From contig JBPOFY010000004.1 of the NCBI GenBank assembly GCA_051252375.1, positions 64,001-128,000 on the forward strand: a stretch of DNA of 64,000 bases, written 5' to 3'. The stretch is from Opitutaceae bacterium. GTDB taxonomy: Bacteria > Verrucomicrobiota > Verrucomicrobiia > Opitutales > Coraliomargaritaceae. Positions 56,001 to 63,600 of this stretch are shown here, piece by piece. The position numbers and the translations under genes are program-made. A model generated the notes under the pieces. That model ran no database searches and was not told the DNA's origin. It saw nothing but the letters and a program-made list of their open reading frames with translations. Positions within the stretch are counted from its first letter, which is position 1. Every line of letters starts with the position of its first letter.

Positions 56001-56545
56001 AATGCCTGAACCGTGGGATCCGTGTCGCAATAATTTTCCCAACGATCAGAAATATCGGGATAGTCCACCTGAGTATCTTCTGGGTTTCGAGCGAGGAGAT
56101 TGTAGGAATTTACATAGATTTCAGATCTGAGACCCGCCGCATCGATTGCTTCAAGCCAGCTCATCAATGGGTCGTCTACTGAAGCGCGCGGAACGACCAG
56201 ATTGATCGGATCACCGTTCGTATCGGTGTCACCTTGCCAAAGACTTTCAATAATCGGATGCGGCCCAGTGTGCACCGGGGAAAAGATATTCGGACTGGCG
56301 AGGGCTACCTGGACATAGTCAATGGTCTTAAGATGGGATATTTGTGCGAGGAAATCATCGATCCTCACCCCTTCAATGTTGCCGTTGAAGTTTCGCTCCG
56401 GCAGCCACAGCGCACCCCATGATCCTCGCATCCAATCGGCACGCTCGCCTTGGCCAAGGAGCACGTCATCCGCATAAGTTGCCGCCAACAACAGCGAGCT
56501 AACGCCAAAGACACATAGTCGCTTTAAGCAGCAGATACTTCTCAT
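53063..56545 (-). CDS. Multimodular GH107 endo-fucanase (GH107, Ig-like, unknown module, LamG, InlB-B-like repeat, shared C-terminal domain)
   Basis: Same GH107 motifs (AWCFDSA, DDYTFGHPFGG); LamG; TYTLTYTAGSNG...FVDWSD...VTANF repeat; DSDIDSSVNLLEYAFGTNP...FYRMQI tail. Confidence 0.9.
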   Translation of the reverse strand: MRSICCLKRLCVFGVSSLLLAATYADDVLLGQGERADWMRGSWGALWLPERNFNGNIEGVRIDDFLAQISHLKTIDYVQVALASPNIFSPVHTGPHPIIESLWQGDTDTNGDPINLVVPRASVDDPLMSWLEAIDAAGLRSEIYVNSYNLLARNPEDTQVDYPDISDRWENYCDTDPTVQAFINSHPYLQAGDPDRRKYMFCYAEFILKEYSLRYGDLIDAWCFDSADNIMEDCGDDAESGILDDQRIYEAFADACHAGNPNAAISFNNSVGVDGAPLATPTLFDDYTFGHPFGGAGNMVVPEILYTRNFAIVEYIQDHNGLPFATTDTRDWNDDVVGHFFPKQSTTSWNAGAAPCLTDAQFVEWTAEGCINGGAITWGTPLVRTNLENSPVLTLQPYALTQLEAVDLHFRTSQFPGVPNWRRADTPLPVAAIGAPYSHTLTDGVDFWDPSGGSITGFTLVNAPSWLSVAESSPGSGDWVLSGTPTETIETEYCFDLRIAIGAAETSRTVHLKVNESPIMPTTSLSINGGADWLDTGYELTYDNNGTTNQNRAISYSTESFQSDGGFKLTTYYTTDYIAYLGEANFSFGLVRVDTDLSTYTGLNPFGADATVYSLGANLTSDLGSTLRGLNFTDGSTITTLDTSGTNVQFVTDASTEVVIEIDQNGAWSYSINGIVEATGVIAGGFDLSSSYRVVVYGQDDYAAVKSIQSLDLELKPYQVAGLVAHWTFDEGSGSTTTADITGNGHDGIISNTSWVPGYENHGLAFNGTSSQVTNIDSAFSSLSDQITISLWAYGDSSLPTVSSIIYAVNSSGNRVLNVHLPYSNGTIFWDAGDSGFDRISKAAVAAEYEGSWAHWVFTKNANTGVMNIYRNGTLWHSGTGNTKTMTGITAATIGSNISSAYYTGNIDEVQLYDIELDATEVANLYASYPSNPTYTLTYTAGSNGIITGTSSQAVSIGNDGTALTAVPHTNFYFVDWSDASTDNPRTDLSVTGNITVTANFAAYTGLENWRLTHFGSYDNTSNAADTADSDIDSSVNLLEYAFGTNPNVSDASTMAINGTSFTPGAPIVIIDFSPLSVKARFIRLEDHLNSGIGYTAQFSHDLSIWESVNGRSAVRIPSTSAANGYEAVELNYPIFLSNGRKARFYRMQINETASGNTQP
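55863..56446. repeat. Direct repeat copy 2 (apparently identical to 52033-52616)
   Basis: See copy 1. Confidence 0.9.
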
Positions 56546-56682
56546 ATTTAGTTCTAGGGGATAGGGAGCAAGGGGGGTAACTCAATAACACAGTCAGCCA
56601 AAAGGACACAAACACCGTTAAGGCAACTGAATGTCTAAGAATACAGGGGCTACTAATCTATCACAAAAGCCCACTTTTGACC

Positions 56683-56720
56683 ATTACGCATATACGTATA
56701 ATAGATCACGCATACACGTA
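56683..56720. promoter_or_regulatory. Paired operator-like boxes upstream of the GH107 gene 53063-56545
   Basis: ATTACGCATATACGTA (56683) and ATCACGCATACACGTA (56705), 22 bp apart. Confidence 0.65.
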
Positions 56721-56783
56721 GCGCACCGCCCCCAAGACGCCAATCTTACAGCGAAAGAATCCTATAGACTAACTACGGGCGCT

Positions 56784-59669
56784 TTACTCCACTTCGACCT
56801 GCAGATGAACAAACTTCGAATCACCATCGATCAGATAGCGCGTGGTGATTGTCTGGAAGCCATCTACGGGATCGCCAATGCTGACATCATAAGGAGGGTC
56901 TAAAGAAGGTGTGGCGAGATCTGGTGTCATCACCAGTGTATAAGTCAGACCTTGGTCCATATAATCTGTGCGGCGCTCATACTCATAGACGAAATAGTTG
57001 AAAGCGCCCTCCTCTTCGGTAAACATAGACTCTTTCGATCCGGCATCCGCTATAGTCGGATCCATGCCTAAGGCAAATTCCAGCAAGTTGGCGTAGCCGT
57101 CTCCGACACCGCCATTCTCCACATCGGCATCTGCCAACGCATCGTCGTCCACCAGACCATAGCCAGATGCCCAAGAGGCATAGGATTCATCAGATGGCAT
57201 TTGGATCGTGAAATTCACCTGAATGCTACCGACGTTCCATCGGTTCGCGTCGTTAGCGCTGCCGTTCGCAATGGTAAAGCTGGAGACCGCAGTAGAGCCA
57301 GCAAGTGCCTGAAGGTCGATCGTTGCGGGACTCGTAGCCAGAGCTGTTCCAGTATAGTTGGTCGTATTACCGCCCGCGGCCACTTGCACCCTGTCGCGGC
57401 CATGATTCGCCGAATAAACCGCGACAGACTGGAAGGAAAGGTCTGAAATAGAATTAATCGTCAGTCCCCCTCCGTTGGCATTGAAATCGACCACATGGAT
57501 ATTCGAAATCGAATCCACGGACTCTCCTAAACTGCCATCAAAGGTAGTATCTCTAGTCACATCTGCAACGCCTGACTTAATACCCCACGTCCCACTCGCC
57601 AAGCTGACAATCGATGCTCCAGCCATAGGATCCACATTGATCGCGATGCGAAAAGTCGCTAATTGGTCCGGAGCCGTCAGAACCGGTGAATACATAATCG
57701 CGACTGCATCAGTCCCATAGTCCACACTCGCCTCAGCCACAATATCTGCGTTCCCAGCGACATCCCCCACGGGAAGCGCAGTCGTTAATTTCAAGCCGAC
57801 TTTCCTGAAGGCACCCACTCCATCGGTTACCCTGAAGACTAGGCTCCAAGTTCCAGAGCCCTCCGTCACAGTTCCAGAGAGCAGCCCACTACTGGACAAA
57901 GAAAGGCCGTCGGGCAACCCGCTGTCAGAGATCAACTCCCAAGTATAGGAAGTATCTCCGCCAGTGGCTGACAGCTGAAAGCTATAAGGATCATCGAGCG
58001 GCACTTCCGGCAATGCCCCCGTCAATATCTCAAGATCACTCTCTGGCACGTAGCCGCCTGTTTCCGAAAGATAGGCGAGCTCCTTGATGATGTCATGACC
58101 TATCAGGCAGGCCTGATTGACTTCCTCAACAGTGTGAGACCCACGGTGTATATCACCATCCACAAGTTCTGTTATCAACGGGAACTGCATGCCCAGCGAG
58201 GAGCTCAACATCATGTAGGCATTCATATAAACCAAAAGATCTGAGCCATGAAGAGCATCTTCTGATGCTACAAAATTAGTCGTGGCCTCATTGATGCGCC
58301 CCATTCCTATGGTCAGCGGAATGAGTTTCCAGCCTCGTTCGGCATAATTAAAATACAGCTCGTTACAGTCATGGTAATCCAGCGCATCCAGCGTGGAGGC
58401 GGTTCCACTGACAGCTGGCGAAATCGCAAATGATTTTATCCAATCAAAGGCCATCGGAATCATGTTGGATTGATTCGCATCAATCACGTCCTGCGCATCG
58501 GCTCCTTGCCACGATCCAGAGACATACATGAACGCCGCTTGGTCTGGCTCATAAGCAATCTTATCTCCTTGGGTGACCGTCTCAGCTGTATTAGCCCATT
58601 CGAGAAAATCGTCGGGATGCCAATACCTGGTCCCTCCAGAATAGCCATTCGATTTGATACCGAGTTTTCTAAATGCAGCGTTCGCCGTCGTGTTGTCGCT
58701 GTTGATGATTTTAGTCAGTGCATCACTCGTCCAGTCGTGCGTGCTGGATCCTTTATATCTATAACGAACCACGCTATTAAAGGGCGTGCTGGTCACATCG
58801 AGACTCCGGTAGACGACAGCCCCGTCATTCTCGTAACTGGTCGTATAATGCACAGTCGTGGCGTGTAGGTTCACCGTCGTTTCAGCAGTATTGCCTAAAG
58901 TTGTAGCGTCCCCGCCTGAGATACCTGCAGGACTATAAGTCGATGCCGTGGCATTGAGCCCTGTTAGTTGGGTGAAGATCGCACATGCGTAGAGATAGTC
59001 CTCTTCCGCTGCAGTGGTGACACCCGCAGCATCCAATGCGTAGGCGCCGGGAATCAGATCCATGCCAACACCACTGGCGACACGATACATGATCGGGCCA
59101 AATACACTCACATCTTCATCCGCATTATCGGGCAGAAAGATCATCGGTGTGCTACTCACAGTGCTCAGAATCAACTTAGAGAACTGGGTGCAGCCTTCAT
59201 AAAAAACTTCAGGGGCAAAATACTCATTATCAAAAGGTGCATCGTCATAGACATTCGTTGGACCACCACCATACTCCCCGTATTCGATCGTTTTAGTTGG
59301 TGCCTGAATGATTGTCGGGATCAGAATGACAGTATCGTAGCCCTCAACAACTTTCGCGCGTAAGGCGATGTCCGCTGCATTCTGGTCGTAATAGCCATCC
59401 GCGAGTGACTCGATGGTTGAATTTTCAAAAATATCGACTTGGACATCACTCCAGCCGCTAGCGTTCGTCATCAAGCCTTGCAAGTGAACCGCCACATCTG
59501 AATAGCGATCGAAACTTTCCCCAACAGAGACCAGCAGAATATCATTCGATTGATCCTGAGCTTGCGCCAATTTTGGCAACAACAAGGTAACAACCAAAGT
59601 CGCCATGAACAGGCATCGATAGACTGCTCCGCAATAGCCAGAGCGTGCATGTAAACCAAGAGGTTTCAT
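56784..59669 (-). CDS. Large secreted protein: two putative SGNH-like domains, Ig-like domain, unknown domain, shared C-terminal domain
   Basis: Signal peptide ending AQA; VSVGES...YLYACAIFTQLTG and YKGSS...EDALHGS...YMNAYMM segments; YSFQLSATGG..LPDGLSLSSSGLLSGT Ig repeat; DVENGGVGDGYANLLEFALGMDP...FVHLQV tail. The true start is probably 59669 or later, not 59813. Confidence 0.7.
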   Translation of the reverse strand: MKPLGLHARSGYCGAVYRCLFMATLVVTLLLPKLAQAQDQSNDILLVSVGESFDRYSDVAVHLQGLMTNASGWSDVQVDIFENSTIESLADGYYDQNAADIALRAKVVEGYDTVILIPTIIQAPTKTIEYGEYGGGPTNVYDDAPFDNEYFAPEVFYEGCTQFSKLILSTVSSTPMIFLPDNADEDVSVFGPIMYRVASGVGMDLIPGAYALDAAGVTTAAEEDYLYACAIFTQLTGLNATASTYSPAGISGGDATTLGNTAETTVNLHATTVHYTTSYENDGAVVYRSLDVTSTPFNSVVRYRYKGSSTHDWTSDALTKIINSDNTTANAAFRKLGIKSNGYSGGTRYWHPDDFLEWANTAETVTQGDKIAYEPDQAAFMYVSGSWQGADAQDVIDANQSNMIPMAFDWIKSFAISPAVSGTASTLDALDYHDCNELYFNYAERGWKLIPLTIGMGRINEATTNFVASEDALHGSDLLVYMNAYMMLSSSLGMQFPLITELVDGDIHRGSHTVEEVNQACLIGHDIIKELAYLSETGGYVPESDLEILTGALPEVPLDDPYSFQLSATGGDTSYTWELISDSGLPDGLSLSSSGLLSGTVTEGSGTWSLVFRVTDGVGAFRKVGLKLTTALPVGDVAGNADIVAEASVDYGTDAVAIMYSPVLTAPDQLATFRIAINVDPMAGASIVSLASGTWGIKSGVADVTRDTTFDGSLGESVDSISNIHVVDFNANGGGLTINSISDLSFQSVAVYSANHGRDRVQVAAGGNTTNYTGTALATSPATIDLQALAGSTAVSSFTIANGSANDANRWNVGSIQVNFTIQMPSDESYASWASGYGLVDDDALADADVENGGVGDGYANLLEFALGMDPTIADAGSKESMFTEEEGAFNYFVYEYERRTDYMDQGLTYTLVMTPDLATPSLDPPYDVSIGDPVDGFQTITTRYLIDGDSKFVHLQVEVE

Positions 59670-59765
59670 GCAGATCACTGAAGGAGTATTAGCTTCAAGA
59701 TACATAGGGCGAATTGGGGACAAAGAAAGGGAAGCTATAATATAGCAAATAACGGACAAAAATGC

Positions 59766-59804
59766 ATCACGTATAAGCATACTATTTGATGACGTATTTA
59801 CGTA
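59766..59804. promoter_or_regulatory. Paired operator-like boxes upstream of gene 56784-59669
   Basis: ATCACGTATAAGCATA (59766) and ATGACGTATTTACGTA (59789), 23 bp apart. Confidence 0.65.
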
Positions 59805-59905
59805 AGTGCCCAACGAGCCGGAGCTCCCCGCTAGCTGGACTCCTTATCAGTGACGATATCCGGCACTAATTTGCCCCTGAATCCCTCAGCCGAGCCTAAA
59901 ATTAA

Positions 59906-60598
59906 TCAAAAACCCTCAACAGGCGCGCAGTAATATGTGGCATAGCGTGGTGCTGGCCTCGGAAAAATAAACAAAATCTGTCGTGTATTCTGCTCATGCT
60001 GCCACATCTGTTTTATAAAGCGCCGTGGTTTTTCACCTTTACCAATGTATGCATCGAGCTTCGCATTATAAAAACCGTTCTGAGGGATCGGGTCCTTAAT
60101 GATTTTAACCGACTTTGGTTTCAGCTGCAGTTCCTTGTCACCGATTGCTCCTGCGATGCCGATGTCCGAAAAATTTACCATATAGATGCTACCAGGCCCA
60201 AATACATCGTCACTGGCGTTAATCGGCTGAACTCGTATAGGCATAATCGGATTACGATCATTCTCAAAGACCAATAGTAGGACTTTATCCCAAGTTTCTG
60301 GAATCTTAGCGGCAGGTGCACGTTCAGGCATTTTCTCTTGTGGCCCGAGAGGCGCTGGCAAAAAACTTAATAGAATGTCTCCTCTTGGAATTTCGAAGGT
60401 CCCTGAAAAGTTCGAGCGTGGTAAGTCGATTTTACCTAATGGCGCGGCACCTACATAGATGTTGGCCTCAGTGGGTGCGCCCGAAGGAGCTTGATAGTAG
60501 AGAATACGAACTGGCCGGTTCTGACCATTGCAGATCGATGCCAATAGGCACATCAACGCGACGAGGGGCCACTGGTATAAACGAAGAGATTTAAACAT
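59906..60598 (-). CDS. Exported hypothetical protein, apparently co-transcribed with the Verrucomicrobia cassette gene
   Basis: 230-aa ORF with a signal peptide, 23 nt downstream of the 60622 gene. Confidence 0.75.
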   Translation of the reverse strand: MFKSLRLYQWPLVALMCLLASICNGQNRPVRILYYQAPSGAPTEANIYVGAAPLGKIDLPRSNFSGTFEIPRGDILLSFLPAPLGPQEKMPERAPAAKIPETWDKVLLLVFENDRNPIMPIRVQPINASDDVFGPGSIYMVNFSDIGIAGAIGDKELQLKPKSVKIIKDPIPQNGFYNAKLDAYIGKGEKPRRFIKQMWQHEQNTRQILFIFPRPAPRYATYYCAPVEGF

Positions 60599-60621
60599 AC
60601 TTAAAGAGGTTTGCGGTGCGT

Positions 60622-63600
60622 TTAGACTTCATCTTCATCCAACCAGCGAAAGTCTACAATTTCGAAACGACGACCAAAGCGCTTATTATCTTCAGAGTTC
60701 AACGTGCCATTCGAAGGAAGTGCGTATTTATCGTCAGAACTGTCAACATAGTCAGCCTTTCTCTGCACGACGGCTTCACACCATGACTGGCTGACGACCT
60801 CATTGGTCAGAGGATCACGGACATCGCCATAAGCACGGATGATGAAGGTGTCGTCGCGCGCCGAGAGTATACCGCTGACAGGACGAAGCACATCAGCCTG
60901 ACGCGTCCATCCCGGGAAGCCGTAAGCCGGACTCCCCTCTGCCGCTTCAGGAAAAGGATAATTAAGCGCGTTACCCAACGCGTCATCTGTAGAGACGTCT
61001 GCATTCGGGAAAGTGTTCTTTAAGTCGGTGTATGGGTTTTCACTACCCACGCTATCAGATAATTCTAGGAGTGCTGACTCCACAGCACCTGCGTGGGCTA
61101 GGTCTGCATTGCTGGACAACTGCCGATTGAAAAACTCCGACAATGAAAGAAATGGGCCACGCTTTTTGATCTCTACCACTATTTCGCGAGCTAAAGCTTC
61201 GATTTGTCCATTCGTAAAACGCTGATGTTTGGAAAGTGAGGAGTATCCGAGTGCTCCAGCTCCTTCATCGGACATCAGACGACTGCGCGGGAAAGGGCTT
61301 CCGGCGCTAGCTTCGAGACTGGCGGTTGCACTACCACTACCTGCGGTAGAACTGTCCAAACTTAGGACACCCGGTTGATCTGTGCCAAAATTTCGCTTTA
61401 AAAGCATCGCCCAAGCACGTTCGGACGTGGAGTTGATGTTAAACATCCCTTCCACTTCAAGCTCCGCAGCGAGCTTAAGCCAGGCATCTTTGTCGCTTAA
61501 GAAACTAGTGGCCACTGAACCCGCATTCGCAGCACTCTGCAGTTCATGCGGAAGATAGTACTGATTCGGTAATGCCTCCGCACCATTAAGGTGCTGCTGA
61601 TAGACTTGCTGAAGTGTGCGACCTCCACCAGCCGACCAAGGATTCGGATCGGGCGCAACCGATGAGATGAACCAGTCATCCAGCATAAGATGATTAAATG
61701 CATAGCTGTGATCATGACCAACCACGCTAAAATTCGTATCGGCACCGCTCAACATTGAAACTCGAATTTTATCACTATCAATGAAGGCGGAGGCACGACT
61801 ATTTCCCAACGGATTGAGTGTATAAGGTGCCCAAGAATTACATTTATTCACATCAAAATGCTGCAAATCACCAATCGAACGTAGGGGGCTCGTGGGAACC
61901 TCTGTGAGGATGAGATTAGCAAGCCCATCGCCGGTACCGAAACCACTCCCCAAATAACCTTCGGGATCGTCCGCCGCACCGGATGGCATCCTAGGATCTG
62001 TATAAGAATTCACACTAAAGAGGAGGACGTTATAGGGATATATATCAAACCGCCCCAAGAGCGGTGTCTGATTTGTGTCATCAGTAGCACTGACCATGTA
62101 ACCAACTGTTGGGTTCATGTTGTGAATACCATTCACTACAACATTCTCCATCTGATCATTCACATCTCGAGCAAAGCGCATGCTCATAGCGAGCGTTAAG
62201 AATGGCTTCGGGTTAGTGCTCAAGCTCTGCAAAGTGCCACTAACACCTGTGAGCGTAAGATCATCTCCAAGCATCTCCCTTGCGTGCTCTAAATCATCCA
62301 ATAACAAACTCTTATTCATTGAATTGGGAGGGTTACCCATTCTACTAGAGGCTCGTTTAAGCGTATAATACACTCCCGCACCTTGCACATTGGGCCCACT
62401 AAATATTTTTTGAAGCACCGCTTCTGTGGCTGCAAGGGTGGCAGTCCCAGGACTATCCGCGAGACCCGGAATATTGTAACGAATACCACCGGCAGGATTG
62501 CACCCCACTTCGTAAGTCACCGTGCCATTACTTTCGTTCTCAACGGTCCCGCCTCCTGTCGGTGAAAAAACCCGAACTTCTCCTGGCAGCCAAATAGACG
62601 ATGGAGATCCAGTCAGAAGACTGATACTCTTAACACCAAGATCATTTACACTCCTTAATTGCTGCGTGCCATTAAGATTAAATCGAACACTAAAAGGAGA
62701 ACCCATAATCAAGTTCAGCTGGATGTTTCCACGCCAGCTCATATCCAGAGCAACATCATAGGGGTTCCACATCGTAATGATCGGATTAAGTATGACGCAG
62801 GGCTGGTAGTTCGTGCCGACTGGTTTAGAGCTGAGCGAAATAACGGTATGGACTCTAGCGACCACCGGAAGGCGACGCACTGTATCAGCCAACTCCCACT
62901 GCTGGTTGCCGGTGGCTTTCTGGTAGGCCGTCGAATCGTCAAAATCAGCTACCTCATCTCCGGAGCTGTTCAGCTGTTTGTATTGCGTTGCGAAGTCGGC
63001 CAACGCAGACCAACTGACTGAATTCTGAAAAGGGAATCTGCTCCAATCAGACCAAGGGTAAATGAGTGGATTCTTAGATGAGGTAGCGTTATACTTACCA
63101 GAGGTCCAAACTTGACCAGGGCTCAAAGTAAACGAGGAAAAGCCCTCTGGGATAGAAGAGAACGTCTCTGCAAATAGAGACAGATCACGCCGCCAACCAC
63201 CATTCGCGGTATTGGTCAGCAAGCCCCTTGAGTAGACGGTTAAGTCATGGAAAAACTCTGATGGCTTCTCCGTGCCCGAGCCAACTGCCACTAGGTTTAA
63301 AGATTTGCGGCTAGCAACACGGTCCACATCCGTGGTGTCAACAATATCAAAGTCTACCCCACTCGGTCCGGGAGAGACCAACATCTGCTCAGTGGCATCA
63401 AAGTTATCGGTGACCTCTTCGGCCGGCTTGAGCCGAACCTTGGTATTCTCCCCTTGCACCCACCACGCATAGGACCCGCTACCGTCGGGCATCTGGGTCG
63501 GCCGAATATGCACCTCGTCCTCCGCCACTGCATTGATTCCCAGTGTCCCCTTAGCCAAGAGTTGAATGGTATCTAAGCTCTCAGCAACCGGTGGCACATC

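Noticed and set aside
52033..56446. Long direct repeat as a DGR template/variable repeat pair or IS ends
   Set aside because: Both copies are in frame within paralogous genes; no adenine-specific mismatches and no reverse transcriptase or transposase in the window.
59670..59813. N-terminal extension of ORF 56784-59813
   Set aside because: It covers the operator-like boxes and precedes the signal peptide, so it is probably non-coding.
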